Source of the DNA: Paraspadella gotoi
Taxonomy: Eukaryota > Animalia > Chaetognatha
Reading direction: 5' to 3'
Assembly: GCA_051294375.1 (NCBI GenBank)
Contig: CM119268.1
Span: 20,767,869-20,831,868, forward strand
DNA: 64,000 bases
Made by a program: the position numbers and the translations under genes. This document shows positions 1 through 14,329 of this stretch, in pieces; position 1 is the first letter of the stretch; each line of letters starts with the position of its first letter. The notes under the pieces were generated by a model that saw only the letters and a program-made list of their open reading frames with translations, made no database searches and was not told the origin of the DNA.

Positions 1-1599
1 TTCGCGAAAATCCACGAAGAAGACATTTCTTTTCCAGGGAGACGCCGCCTGTCGGGAGAGATGGATAACGATTTCGAAAGAACAATAAAATATTGTAAAA
101 ATTGTTTTTTTATATAGTAATAATATTGAGCGGTTGGCGGAAGGAAGTTTTTATTTTTTGCGTTTACGAGAAGAACACTTCTGATAATTTCAGTTAACCT
201 CGGTATTGTAATTAATTTGTAATTGCAATTGTATCAATTTGTCAATACAAAATATATTTATTAAATAAGGGTTGCATGTCGGGAGAATTCTCCCAATTTA
301 GCTGGATCAAAGAATTCGCATTTTCTTGTGAAAACACTAACAAAAGTCCAATGTTACATACATTTAGTATTCAAAACTTTTAAAAAGTAAAAATGAGTTT
401 GCGCTATTTTTTTCACCCCTGAGTTTCGTTCCTCCTTTGGTTTTGAGACGCAAACTCTAGAGGGCAAATGGAGGAGAGAGAGAGAGAGNNNNNNNNNNNN
501 NNNNNNNNNNNNNNNNNNNNNNNNNNNNNNNNNNNNNNNNNNNNNNNNNNNNNNNNNNNNNNNNNNNNNNNNNNNNNNNNNNNNNNNNNNNNNNNNNNNN
601 NNNNNNNNNNNNNNNNNNNNNNNNNNNNNNNNNNNNNNNNNNNNNNNNNNNNNNNNNNNNNNNNNNNNNNNNNNNNNNNNNNNNNNNNNNNNNNNNNAAA
701 TTTTAAATAATTTTTTTTAAGTTTTAAAAAACGATTTCACGGTTAAGAAAATGTGGGAAAAAAGGTACTTCGCTTTACAGCCGAAATTAAAAAGTAAAAA
801 AAAAAATTTAACTAAAAAAAAAATGTTTGGTNNNNNNNNNNNNNNNNNNNNNNNNNNNNNNNNNNNNNNNNNNNNNNNNNNNNNNNNNNNNNNNNNNNNN
901 NNNNNNNNNNNNNNNNNNNNNNNNNNNNNNNNNNNNNNNNNNNNNNNNNNNNNNNNNNNNNNNNNNNNNNNNNNNNNNNNNNNNNNNNNNNNNNNNNNNN
1001 NNNNNNNNNNNNNNNNNNNNNNNNNNNNNNNNNNNNNNNNNNNNNNNNNNNNNNNNNNNNNNNNNNNNNNNNNNNNNNNNNNNNNNNNNNNNNNNNNNNN
1101 NNNNNNNNNNNNNNNNNNNNNNNNNNNNNNNNNNNNNNNNNNNNNNNNNNNNNNNNNNNNNNNNNNNNNNNNNNNNNNNNNNNNNNNNNNNNNNNNNNNN
1201 NNNNNNNNNNNNNNNNNNNNNNNNNNNNNNNNNNNNNNNNNNNNNNNNNNNNNNNNNNNNNNNNNNNNNNNNNNNNNNNNNNTTTTTTTTTCTTTCTCTC
1301 TCTCTCACTATTTCAGACTTACCGATGACCACTACGATCAGGATCAAAAACCTGAACCAAGTGAAATTAATAATTTAATAAAAAAATCAATATTAATAAT
1401 CTAATTAAACTATTTTTAAAATCTTGAATTAGCTATCATGTCTGATGTGAAAAGTTTTTACTGATAAATGCATCAGAATCGATGTTTGCCAAAATTTTTA
1501 TGAGGAATCAAAATGACATTGACTCGTCAATAATTTTGTCGTAAATAAATATCGGTCCGCTAGGAAAACTAGTATCTTCTTCACAACCTCATGATTATC

Positions 1600-2580
1600 A
1601 ACGTCATAAGGAGAAACCACAGCCCCATAAAAAGTCATAAAAAGAAATCACAGCCCCATCAAAAGTGCATAAGAGAAACCAACCGCAGCCATCAAAAGTG
1701 TCATAAAGAGAAAACCACAGCCCATCAAAGTTCATAAAAGAGAAACCACAGCCCCACTCACAGAAGTCTAAAGAGAAACCACAGCCCCATCAAAAGCTCA
1801 TAAAGAGCACAACCAACAAGCCCCATCAAAGTCATAAGGATGAAAACCACAGCCCCACAAAAGTCATAAGAAGAAACCACAGGCCATCAAAAGTCATAAG
1901 GAGAAACCAAAGTCATGCAAAAGTCATAACGTAGACACACAACAGCGCATCAAAGTCATAATGAGAAACCACAGCCCCATCAAAAGTCATAAGGAAGAAA
2001 CCACAGCCCCATCAAAAGTCTAAGGAGCAACCACAGCCCCATCAAAAGTCATAAAGAGAAACCAACAGCCCCATCAAAAAAGTCATAAAGCACGAACCAC
2101 AGCCCCATCAAAGTCATTAAAGCAGAAACCACTGCCCCAGCAAGTCATAAGGAGAACACCACAGCCCCATCAACAAGTCATAAAGAGAAACCACACGCCA
2201 CATCAAGAAGGTCCATAAAGAGAGAACCCAACAGCCCCATCAAAAGTCATAAAGAAGAAACACAGCCCCATCAATAACGTCATAAACGTCCGAGCGAACA
2301 CTGCCCCCACGCAAGAGTCTGATAAGGTGATAACAGAAACCGAACAGACCCATCAGAAAAGTATAAAGAGAAACCACAGGAGCCATCAAAAGTCATAAGA
2401 AGGACCACAGCCCATCGAAAAGTCATAAAGAGAAACCATGCCCCAGCAAAAAAGTCATAAGGAGAAACGCAACAGCCCCAATAAAGTCATAAAGAGAAAC
2501 CACAGCCCCATCAAAAGAGTCAATAAAGAGAAACACACAGCCCCATCAAAAGTCATGAAAGGAGAAACCACAGCCCAATG
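1600..2580. repeat. Minisatellite, about 31-bp unit GTCATAAAGAGAAACCACAGCCCCATCAAAA, about 30 noisy copies
   Basis: Head-to-tail repeats without unique spacers. Confidence 0.9.
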
Positions 2581-2912
2581 GAAAGGTGGCGCGGTGTGCG
2601 CGGTGGCGGCGGTGGTGGCAAGTGGTGCGCAGTAGTGGCGGTGAGTCGGGAGATGGATATCGCTTTGGGTAGGGGTGAAGGGTTTGAGGGTGGTGGAAGG
2701 GGGGAGGTCAGTGGAAAGGGGGAGGTGGCGGAGGGAGAAGTGGTCGAGGGGGGGAAGTTGGTGGAAGTGGGGAGGTGGTGAAGGGTTGAGTTGGTGGAAC
2801 CGTGGAAGGTATGGAGGCGGTGGAGGGGGGTTGTTGGTGGAAGGGGGGGAGTGAGAGAGTAGTAGAGAATGTGGTGAAATAAAACGGAGGGCTGAGGATT
2901 AAAGAGAAGATC

Positions 2913-3062
2913 CGGGCACAAAGAAGGTGGTTGCTTATCGGGGGCACAAAGAAGGTGTCGCTTGTCGGCGGCACAAAGAAGGTGATGCGTTGTCGGGGCA
3001 CAAAGAAGGTGGTCGCTTGTCGGGGCACAAAGAAGGTGGTGATCACCGATCGCACAAAGAAA
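2913..3062. repeat. Minisatellite, about 27-bp unit GGCACAAAGAAGGTGGTCGCTTGTCGG
   Basis: 5-6 tandem copies. Confidence 0.8.
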
Positions 3063-3370
3063 AAAGGAAGGTGGTTTTTCACATTGTTGTTCACGCAATG
3101 AGCTCAAGGGGGGGGACGGGAAAGCGGTTGAACCGACGCCCAGCAGGTTTGTTGTTCTTTTATTTTTATTTCTTTTTTTCTCTTTTTTTTATTTTGGTCG
3201 TCGAGAATCCAACTTCGTTTCGTTCGTTGAGGAACAAAACTTGGTTGACAAATGAACATCGCTGGGTTGTTTTTGAATGTTGATGAATGCCGTGAGACGT
3301 TTATGAATGATGTTTGTCGTTTATGAATGCAGTGAGTCGATTGTGAATGTTTAGTATTCCATCGAAGGAA

Positions 3371-3582
3371 CGGAATCGGAATCAAATCGGAATCAAATCG
3401 GAATCAAATCGGAATCAAATCGGAATCAAATCGGAATCAAATCGGAATCAAATCAGAATCAAATCAGAATCGAATCGGAATCAAATCGGAATCAAATCGG
3501 AATCAAATCGGAATCAAATAAGAATCAAATCAAAATCGAATCGGAATCAAATTGGAATCAAATCAGAATCGAATCGGAATCA
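3371..3582. repeat. 11-bp tandem repeat (CGGAATCAAAT)n
   Basis: About 19 copies. Confidence 0.9.
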
Positions 3583-3792
3583 TCGACTCGGATGAAATCA
3601 ACCAGGACTCGATGATTGGATGAATCACCTTCGGAATCGGACCAATGAGAAGAGGGGCTTCATGCCATCGTGTCGATGATCCGATGGCACTGTATAAATA
3701 TTGACCGTTCTTTCCTTGATATATTTCTAAGAATAAAATCCACTTTGATTTCGTGTTGAAATCCCTGTCTACTTACTTAAATGTGGTGACAG

Positions 3793-4005
3793 GAGTAGAA
3801 TCGACAAACCACGACTCCAACAAAAAGAAACAAAGCCTTACCACCAAGACCACGCCACTCAAGAAGTTGGACTTCGCCGTCAGAAGAAAAACTTTGACGG
3901 CTCCGGCACCGCCAACGGCACCCGGCAGATCCACCGAAAGCAAAATCGAAGGCTGTAGCATCGACCTGGACTTCCACACCTTCGAAGTCTCAGGAGCACT
4001 GCAAG
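3793..4005 (+). CDS. Candidate exon, perhaps same gene as 4943-5138
   Basis: GC-rich open frame after gacag (VESTNHDSNKKKQSLTT...SIDLDFHTFE); donor unclear. Confidence 0.4.
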
Positions 4006-4011
4006 ATCAAT

Positions 4012-4403
4012 GCCTCCACCCTCGATCTAATCCAACCCCCGAAAACACCTCGATCTAATCCAAACCTTCCGACCACCTCGCTCCACCCCTCAGGTCTAAT
4101 CCAATTCCCGCCTCCACCCTCGATCTAATCCACCTGAAAACACCGCTCGATCTAATGCCAACCCAAAAAGACACCCTCGATCTAATCCAACCCACCTCGC
4201 ACCCTCGATCTAATCCAAATTCCCCGCCTCCACCCTCGATCTAAGATCGAAACGCCCCCGCCTCGACCCTCGATCTAATCAACCTCCTCGCCACCCACCT
4301 CGATCTAACTCCAACCCCCCTCCACGCTCGATGATAATCCAACCCATCCCACCCTGCACCCCTCGATCTAATCCAACCCCTCGCCACCACCCTCGATCTA
4401 ATC
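4012..4403. repeat. Minisatellite, about 28-bp unit with core CCACCCTCGATCTAATCCAAC
   Basis: About 13 noisy copies. Confidence 0.85.
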
Positions 4404-4878
4404 TTGATTTAATCGGTTGTTTACCAATATTATCAACTGGCTTCAATTAATTCTCTGAACCTAATTAATTCTGAACTAAATTAAAAAAAGTCACTATTAT
4501 GTTTGTTTGTTTTTTTTTTCTAATACTTTTTTCGTTTGTTTATAAGATTATTCATGTTTTTTTTTCTTTTTTTCATCTTTATTTCGTGGAACAAAAAAAA
4601 GAAGGGTCTTTTGAAATTGAGTAGATTTTAAAAACGCCGTTTTAAATATTTTTTTGAGCAAAAAGAAATAGAGATTGTGAAAGAAAAGCGATTAGCGGGT
4701 TGAGAGATGGCAGAAAAATGGAGAATGGTTAAATGCTATTAGCTAAAAAAGAGGAGGAGGAGGAGGAGGAGGAGGGGGAAGGAAGAAAATTTAAAAAAAA
4801 AGTTGAGGCGCCTTAGTATAAATATCAATTCATTTAACTTTAGTTTTTCCATCGCAATTTTGTTGCTCCGCATTCTTA

Positions 4879-4942
<64 letters not shown>

Positions 4943-5138
4943 GACTCGACCGTTGACAGCCTGATGCTGGCAACGGACGGACGGCCCCTTTCCCCGATCC
5001 CGCGCGGCTCTGGACCAGACCCCACTGCCCCAGACGGCGCGGCCGGGAGCGGACACCCTGTCGGCGGCGAAGAGCCTTGGTTTGCGGGATTCATGAAAAT
5101 GGCCAACGCGCTCAGAGCCAAGGACATCGACCACAACG
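4943..5138 (+). CDS. Isolated coding exon, unknown gene
   Basis: GC-rich island after (CT)n tract; caag|DSTVDSLMLATDGRPLSP...EEPWFAGFMKMANALRAKDIDHN|gtgagt. Confidence 0.65.
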
Positions 5139-5640
5139 GTGAGTCATGGGTTGTGGGGGATTGTTGGGGAGTGTGGGCGATTATGGGTGATGTCTTTTAA
5201 ACTAAATGATATATTTTAAACTAAGTTATCCATTTTAAACTAAGTGATGTATCTTAAACTAAGTGAAATCTTTAAAACTTGGGGCTATTTTTGAGACTAA
5301 GTAAAGTATTTTAAATTATAGCAATGAGCAAAACAACAACTCTTAATCACTAATCATTTAAGTCAAAGTTGTTGTTATTGTTGTTATTGTTGTTATTGTT
5401 GTTTCTGATTCTAAAAATCGCTGCTGTTTATTTATCTTGGAAACAGAAATGTACAAAATCTCAATTTCTCCTAAATCATCTCTCACAACATGAGAATTTG
5501 AAACTAATGATCGCTCAACCTTTTGTCTTTTGTCTCTTGTTTTGTTAAAGGATTTTTTTTTTTTGAAATTTTTTTTCTTCTTTACTCATTTCCTTACTAT
5601 CCTCTTCATCTCTCTCTTTCTCTTTCTCTTTCTTTCTCTC

Positions 5641-5697
<57 letters not shown>

Positions 5698-6173
5698 AAT
5701 GGGCTTCTCTCTCCCTCTTTTCCTCTCTCCCTTGATAAACGGGTACTCATGCAAAACCTTTCAGCTTCCTCGTGTTTTTTAGAGGAGAAAAAACCCGCTC
5801 ATTAATTCTACCTTTTTTTTCACCACATTTTCTTTCCTTTTTTTCTTTTTCTTTCTTTTTAATCTACGGGTAGGATTTAAAAAAAACATAGCGTGTATTC
5901 GATACATCTTAATGAAACTTTTTTCTCTACCGCTTCTTCCTTCTTCGCTTCTTCCCTCTTCTTTTTCCGCTTTTAACATTCAACGTCCCCGATAAAAAAA
6001 ATTTCATAAGTTGACAATGAATAATGAATTCATATAAAAAGTCGGGAGAGGTGAATCTGTCATTGGGATGGAAATTGAACTCAAATTGAAATCATGTGAC
6101 CGTGGAGAATGACGTCTCTCTCTCTCGTCGCAGGCGTGCCGGCAGCGTCTCTCCTCTCGCTCCTCGTCTCTCA

Positions 6174-6209
<36 letters not shown>

Positions 6210-7293
6210 CCCTTCACCGTTCCTCTCACTTTTTGTGTTGCTAAAAGATTACTGACCTTCATTACTGATTGACCATAGACTTAGCATCAGCACACTGTTC
6301 ACTGTTCACTGTTCAGAGTTCTCACTTTTTTCTCCATAAAATATAAAATAATTCTTTATTTATTTCGTTTGTTAAAATGCCTAAATCAAATATTATCACA
6401 ACGATCCGTCTTAATCCTAAGCTTATCAATAAAATTACTAACATCGGAAGGCAAAATTGACGATAATTACGAATTTAGTTGTACAAATTTTGAATTAACA
6501 ATGTTTTTTAAAGAAAAAGATTGATTTTCTTTGTTATATGACTGAAACAATTTATTCTGAGACGAATTTTGGAAAGTTGTCAAAAACCTCATGACATTTT
6601 TTCCCCTGAATTTTGACTCACAACTTAATCAGTTAAAATAGGGAAAAGCAATAGAAAGAAGTAGGTATTTGATACTTTGGGTTTGACTTCAGAGTCTATC
6701 ACAATAAATCGTTGAACGTTTTCGTCTAAAAATAGAAAAAAAAACGGAAAATATTTCCTGCAGAAGAAATAAAAAACATAAATCGATCGAAAACCGACAA
6801 GAACTATCTGTCAGGGTCTCCTTACAATCTGTTTCTCTCTCTGTCTCAGTCTCTGTCTCTCTCTCTATCCTTTCTTTTCTTTTCTCTTTCATATTTTTCC
6901 TTTTCTTTTCTCTCCTTTCCTTTCTTTCGTTTTCTCGCCTTCGTCTCGAACATAAAAACGGAAGAAAATTAGATTTTCATTGGAAAAACNNNNNNNNNNN
7001 NNNNNNNNNNNNNNNNNNNNNNNNNNNNNNNNNNNNNNNNNNNNNNNNNNNNNNNNNNNNNNNNNNNNNNNNNNNNNNNNNNNNNNNNNNNNNNNNNNNN
7101 NNNNNNNNNNNNNNNNNNNNNNNNNNNNNNNNNNNNNNNNNNNNNNNNNNNNNNNNNNNNNNNNNNNNNNNNNNNNNNNNNNNNNNNNNNNNNNNNNNNN
7201 NNNNNNNNNNNNNNNNNNNNNNNNNNNNNNNNNNNNNNNNNNNNNNNNNNNNNNNNNNNNNNNNNNNNNNNNNNNNNNNNNNNNNNNNNNNNN

Positions 7294-7324
<31 letters not shown>

Positions 7325-8886
7325 CAGAGAACGAGAAAGAGAGAGAGAGACCGAGACAGAGAGAATGTTTTGAAACGAAACAAAAATATGTTTTCAAGAA
7401 AAACATTTCCGGGAAATTCGGCGAAAACAAAAAGCTAATTCGCCAGCATCGCTGTTCGGTCACGAAAAGGAATCGATGGAGACACGAAATCTATGGTGCA
7501 GTCATATTCATGGTGCAACCATATCCATAGTGCAATCTAATTCATATTGCAGTCAAATTCATGGCGAAACAAAGTCCATGATGGATCGAAATCCTTGATG
7601 CAACCAAATCCGAGTTGCGACCAAAACTTTGATGAAATGAAATATCGTTAGCGTTAATGAACATTGGGAATGAACAGAATGAACAGAAAGAACATGATGA
7701 AGAATTTCGAAAGAATGAAAAGAAAAGGAGAAAATATGTCTAAATTATTTTTTATATTGATTAATAAAAAATAAAAAATATTACTTTTTTTATTAAGTCT
7801 TGATGTCAATTATTTACAAGTAAAATCATCTCAGCGAATCTTTTCTCCTCTCTTCTCTTTCTCACTTTCCTTCCCTTTNNNNNNNNNNNNNNNNNNNNNN
7901 NNNNNNNNNNNNNNNNNNNNNNNNNNNNNNNNNNNNNNNNNNNNNNNNNNNNNNNNNNNNNNNNNNNNNNNNNNNNNNNNNNNNNNNNNNNNNNNNNNNN
8001 NNNNNNNNNNNNNNNNNNNNNNNNNNNNNNNNNNNNNNNNNNNNNNNNNNNNNNNNNNNNNNNNNNNNNNNNNNNNNNNNNNNNNNNNNNNNNNNNNNNN
8101 NNNNNNNNNNNNNNNNNNNNNNNNNNNNNNNNNNNNNNNNNNNNNNNNNNNNNNNNNNNNNNNNNNNNNNNNNNNNNNNNNNNNNNNNNNNNNNNNNNNN
8201 NNNNNNNNNNNNNNNNNNNNNNNNNNNNNNNNNNNNNNTCCTCTCTTCTCTTTCTCACTTTCCTTCCCTTTCCTCTCTCCCTTTCGAGCATAAATTTTCA
8301 AATGCTTGTTTAACGATTGATGAAAATTTTCCTTTCAAAACAAAAAAACAAAAAAACAAATAAGAAAACATTAAAACATCTCGATGAAAATTCATTTCCT
8401 CTTAAGGAAGAGAAAATTAATCAAACGAATAAAAAAAGAAATGAAAGAGGAAAAGTTTAATTCGGATTATTAGAGCTTTGAAAAAGGGGGGCGGGTTCGA
8501 TTCTGGGCGGCTAGTTGGCTGATTGGCTGGTTGACTGAGTGGCTAGCTGGCTCGCTCGTTGGCAGGTTGGCTGGCTCATTGGATGGTTTATTGGCTTGTT
8601 AGCTGATTTACAAGCACGTTAAACTCTATCATATGCAGTGACGTTGACTACGTGGGTACAACGACAAAGACAACGACAAAGACGGGGACGACGACGACAA
8701 CGAATAATCCGAAGACAGCAATGATGACAACTACAACAACAACGACGACGACTAAGACGCCGCCCTCATTCCCGCGATTGAATTTCGGTAAACATTGAAT
8801 TATGTATTTGGATAACATTTTGATGTCATCTTCGCTGCTAAATTTTGTTTCCAAAGATGAGACGTCCTTTTGGTTTCGTTGTCGTT

Positions 8887-8931
<45 letters not shown>

Positions 8932-9076
8932 TTATTCCTCCTCCTATTTTCATTTTTCCTTCCGTCTTTTAAAGGAGATCGTAAGGTTTAACTCTACATC
9001 TTTTGAATTGACTCTTCCCCCTTTTCGATCTTGTTATAATCCGGCTCAATAATACCTGATAACAGAGAGAGAGAGA

Positions 9077-9126
<50 letters not shown>

Positions 9127-11112
9127 GAGAGAGGAGAGAGAGAACGGAAACAGAAAATTATGGTTATGATATTTTTTTCATTTCTTTTTATTATAATTTT
9201 TTTTCTCTTGTCAGAAAATTAAATTTGACACTCGACTGAATCTTTGAGAGAAGATGGAATTGAAAGGCGAGGATGACGACGCCGACGATGACGACGACGA
9301 CGATGATGATGACGACGACGATGATGATGACGAGAACGATAAACGATGGACGAGAATATTTTTATAAATTGAATTATATAAATTGAAATAAGGAATACAA
9401 ATAATATCACCAAACCATACAACAACAACAAGAACAACAACAACAACAACCAAAACAACAAGAACAACATTAAAATAAATGAAATGAAATCATAAAATAT
9501 TGAAACGAACGAAATGAGATGAGACCAAAAAGATGGAAGGAGAGAAATAACGAAAACTAAACCGACGTTTTTCGATTTTCTTTCTTTCTTTCTTNNNNNN
9601 NNNNNNNNNNNNNNNNNNNTATTTCTCTTTTTTTTCTTTCTTTTTCTTTCTTATCTTTCTTTCCTTTCTTTTCTTCTTTCTTTTTGCTTTCTTTCTTTCT
9701 TTTTCTTTTTTTTTTTTTTTCTTTCTTTCTTTTTTTTCTGCTTTTTTTTTTTTTTCTTCTTTCCTTCTTTTATTTTTTGTTTTTTTCCTTTTTTCTCTTT
9801 TCTCTTTCTTTCTTTCTATCCTTCTTTCTTTCTTTCTTTTCTTTCTTTCTTTCTTTTCTTTATTTTTCTTTTTTCTTTTTTTGATTTTTGGATGTTGCTT
9901 ATGTTCTTTTTTCCTTTCTTTTCCTTTTCTTTCTTTTTTATTTTTTTTTTTATTTTTTCCGCTCGCGTCTTTCGCTTTCTTTTCTTTCTTTACTGCCGCG
10001 CGGTATTTTTGATAATCGCTAGTGGCGAACGAAGAAATTGGAAAGGAGATGAGAAAGAAAGAATGGAAACTTCCGGTTTGAGGAAGAAGTGAGAGAGAGG
10101 AGTAGTGAGAGAGTGTAAGGGAGAGATGAGAGAGAAAAGAAAAGAGGGAAGTGAGAGAGAGAGAGAGGAGTATGAGAGAGAGAGAGAAGAGAGAGGAGAG
10201 AGAGAGAGAGAGAAAAAGAGGAGGGAGGAAGGGGGAAAGAGGGAAGGGAGAAATAAGGAGGGAAACGAAAAAGCGAAAGGGAAATAAAGAGGAAGGGAGG
10301 GAAGAAAGGAAGAAGGAAATGAAATAAATAAGAAAAAAAAAAGAAAAAAAAGGAAGAAGAAAAAGGGATATAAAAGAAAAGGAAAGGCAGGAGAAAAAGA
10401 GGAGAAAAAAAAAAAAGGAGAAAACAAAAGAGGCAAAGAGATGAAGAAGAAAAAAAGGAAAAAAAAGAAAAAGAATAGAGGGAGCGAAGAAAAGGGAAGG
10501 GGAGGGGAGAGGGAAAAGAGAAAAGAAAGAAAGAGGGAGGGGGGAAAGGGAAATGAAAAAGGAAGAAAAAAAGAATGAAAAAAAAATAAAAAAAAAAGGA
10601 AAAAAGAGGAGGAAAAGAAAGAGAAAAGAAGGAAAAAAAAGAAAAAAAGAAAAAGGAAAAAAAAAGAAAAAGAAAGAGAAAGAGAAAACAAGGAAAGAAA
10701 AGAAACAGAAAAAAGAAAAAGAAAGGAGAAAAAGGGAAGAGAAAAAAAAGGGAAGAAAAGATAAAAGAAAAAAAAGAGAGGGGGAAGAGCAAAAAGAGAA
10801 AAAGAAGAGGAAATTAATGAAAGAGAAAAGAGGAAAAGAGAAAAGGGAAAAAAAAAAAAAAAGAAGGGAAAAAAAAACGGAAAAAAAGCGAGGAAAAAGA
10901 AAGGGAGGGGGAAGAAGAAGAAAAAGGGGAGGGGAGGAGGGAGAGGGGTGGGGGGAAAGAAGAAAAAAGACGAGGGGAGGGGAAGAAGGGGGGGGAGAAG
11001 GCGAGGAGAGAAAGGGAAGGGGGGGGGACAAGGGGTGGGAGAGAGAGAGAGAGGGGGAAGAGGAAAGAGAGGAGAGAGAAAATAGCAGAAAGAAAAAAAA
11101 AATAAGAAAAAG

Positions 11113-11156
<44 letters not shown>

Positions 11157-11180
11157 AGAGAGAGAGAAGGAGAGAGGAGA

Positions 11181-11215
<35 letters not shown>

Positions 11216-13102
11216 GAGAGAGAGAGGGAGTAGAGAGAAGAAGATACATGTGAAGAGAGAGCGAGAGATGCGAGAAGAGAAGAGAGGTTCGTTGTTTTTT
11301 CTCAAAACAAAGATAATTTTTTGAATGATTTATGACTTTTTTTAAAAAAACAGTGATAGAGTAGGCAAAATTTATTATCCACCATCCGACGTCTGGTCTT
11401 ATTCACTCAAAGTATAAATAATAAAAAAAAAAATAAAGAAAACAAATTCATGTAAATGTAATCTATGGATTGGATTTTAATATTCCACTGTGGCAGTTAT
11501 TGGTTCACGGAACTTGGCGTAGTATGCGTATAACAGTTCCTGACAAAACCCTTAACCGTGACAGTTTGAAAAAAAAAAAGAAAAAACTACTCCTTTAATT
11601 CATCGGAGGCCGAAACTGATTCCTTTCTTATCTTCAAAGTATCGTTGTGGTTTTCCTCCTCGGGCCAAGTCCGGGGGCGTGGTCGGTAGGGTGTCTTTGG
11701 GGTCATTGTGACTGTCATGATTGGTCTTAGGGGGTTTCTTTAGTTGATGTCCTTAGTTAAATTTATTATGTCAGTCAATCTTTGTGCTCATGCATTCACA
11801 AGACTTATGTCATTTTTTGGGTTCAGTTCATTACTTGTGCTCAAACATTTCTGCCAGGTTGTTGGGGGTCATGTTTGGGTCAGTTTTTTCGTTCTTTTTG
11901 TGCTGCTCATATCCTATTCGTTAATCCAACGTTTGTCATTTATTTTGTCAGCCTTTTTAGCTTGTTGCTCGACCCTCAACATTCAAAATCCCCCAGCGCT
12001 ACACAGAAGCCGCACGGGACCGTGCCGTCGTCTTTGTTTTCAATTACAATTTTCTCCCTTTTTTTTTCTTCTTTTCCTTCTCCTAATTTTTATTTCTATA
12101 TCATATTTAATTTATTGGAATATTTTTTTTCTCCGTGCAACGGGACGTTATTATTGGATACTTTTTCATTTTATCCTATATCTTTTTTTTTTTTTATATC
12201 GGTCGTGTCGGTCGGGGGTGTCCGTTGGTGTCCCGTTGGTTGTTTTTCCGTCGGTATGTTGTCCCGTATGGTTTTTTTCTTCCAACTTATAGTTAAAAAC
12301 GGCTATATAAACTTGCCCTATAGTTTTGTTTGCTCATGTTTTTGTTAGAAATTCAAAATCTAAGCGACTATATTCGATTGCTTCTATAACTACCTCTGTT
12401 TGGCGGCCTGTGCCTTTTTTGTTTTTTTTTTTTTTTTTCAAAAGAAATTTTTATAAACATTAAGCGAATATAAAATTTGACATGATGAAAGGATAAAGGG
12501 GAGGAAAAGTAATGGCGGGGTGGGCGGGGGGGGGACGCGGGGCGCGGGGCGGCGGGGCAACAGACACGAAAGACAAACACAAAAAACCAGAAGAACTCTT
12601 GGAATAACATTCCTTGTTAATTTAAATAACTGTGTTCAAGTCATTATTTGTTTTTGAAATGACCAGAAACTAGAGACAGGGCATTGAACCTTTCAACGCC
12701 ATCGGTCGCTTTAAATTCATTTTTAAAAAATAAATTCGTCTTTTTCCGTCGTCGTCCCTCTTTTCCACATGTTGTTTTGTTGTTTGTGTTGGTTGTTTTG
12801 AATTTAACAACGTCGAACATCATTTTTTTATGCGTTTTTGGTTATCGTAGTCCGTCTGGTCGTCGTCTGTCGTCGTCGTGCGAGTTCGTCGTCGTCGTCG
12901 GTATTCGCTCAGGCAACAAAAGTCGCCAAAAATCCGCGTTTTTCTTTATCTTACCGCGAGAAATGGCGAAGCATGAACAGAGAGGGGAGGAGGGTAGGGG
13001 GGTGTGAAGGGTTAGAAAGAAAGATAGAAAGATAGAAAGATAGGGATAGGAGGAAGGAAAAGAGGAAGAGAGATGAAAAAATAGAGGGAGAGGAAGAGAG
13101 GA

Positions 13103-13137
<35 letters not shown>

Positions 13138-13518
13138 GAGAGGAGAGAGGAGGGGAAAGAAAAAAAAAAATCCACATCAACGAGAATACAATGGGAGACA
13201 AAAGAAAAATTCTCTGTCGGGTCCGCTTCAGCCTCGCCGCCGCAAGGCTGACGGACGAAAATATTTTTGGAATTCTTATGTTTTTGGAATTTTTGAGAAA
13301 ACAACGATTTTCCCCCCCCTCTCTTCCCTCTCCCGTTCCTCTCTCCTTCTCCTCTCTCTCTTCTCTATCTCAGTCACAATCTCGAGTACGGCTCTCTCCC
13401 TCTGCTTTCTCTCCGACGTCTCGTAAAAACAATCTCTCCCTCTCGGGTCACTGCGGAGCATGAAAAAAAAAGGCCACAGAAAGGGAGAAGTCGGGTGTTG
13501 TTTTTTTTTATCAGTTAA

Positions 13519-13569
<51 letters not shown>

Positions 13570-13710
13570 GAGAGACGAGAGAGAGCGAGAGTGTCGAAAG
13601 CTGTTCTTTGTCAAAAGGCGAAAGAGACAATGGGATAGATAAGTTTTTTTTTAAAATTTTTTTTTTATGAAGAAAATCAGGAATGAAAACATGTCTACAA
13701 GTATAAGTAG

Positions 13711-14329
13711 CTATATCTAGGAAAAAAGGTTAGAAACATTTTTTTTTATAGTTCATTTATTTTTTTCAATTAAAATATACAAAACATGGTAACTTCTCAA
13801 TATTTGGGTATGCCTCCCTCGTCAATCGACCAGCTCCTGCGATTGAAGGTATCGAAGGTGAAATGTTTTTCCCCCACACCGTAAAAATTTTGCAATGGTG
13901 GGAACGAGGGATTCCAAGTCTATGGCTATGAATTGTTTGCGTCCTTTCCCCTTTTCTTCAGAGAGCTACAATTTGGCACCTTTATGACAAGAGAGGGGCT
14001 GTCTATATCCGGCATAACAACATTTTAAAAAAAATGAAAAAATAACTAACTCAATTTAAATAGAAACAAATAACTCAAAATAACTCAATACCAAAAATTT
14101 GGAAAACTAAAAGGCGATTTTTTCCGCCATTTTTCACATTGAGGTGCAATCTTATTATTTGCTCTTCACTCTATAACGGTTGGATCTAGAAAAATGGAAG
14201 GAAGCAACTGAAAGGAAATTTAAGTGTAGAATCTGAAACATCCCTGAATTTTTTTAAAAATCGACCACGTTTCGAGTAGCATATCCTCAATTAAAAATGT
14301 TTTCTACACCTTTTTTTCCCTAGATAGTA
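13711..14329. mobile_element. MITE with related CTATCTAGG(A)n termini but different interior
   Basis: TCTAGGAAAAAAGGTTAGAAACATTTTT ... AAAAATGTTTTCTACACCTTTTTTTCCCTAGATAGTA; absent from the duplicate segment near 21360. Confidence 0.8.

Noticed and set aside
1600-2580. CRISPR-like ~30-bp periodicity
   Set aside because: No unique spacers, no cas genes, eukaryotic context; it is a minisatellite.
8486-8655. GC-box/CCAAT/CRE-like cluster and B-box-like GGTTCGATTC
   Set aside because: Motifs fall in degenerate (TGGC)n repeats and no linked transcription start can be shown.
9490-11305. ORFs of 513, 419, 257 and 226 aa (F/L/S-rich or K/E/R-rich)
   Set aside because: Purine/pyrimidine low-complexity tract that lacks stops by composition; much shorter in the duplicate copy.
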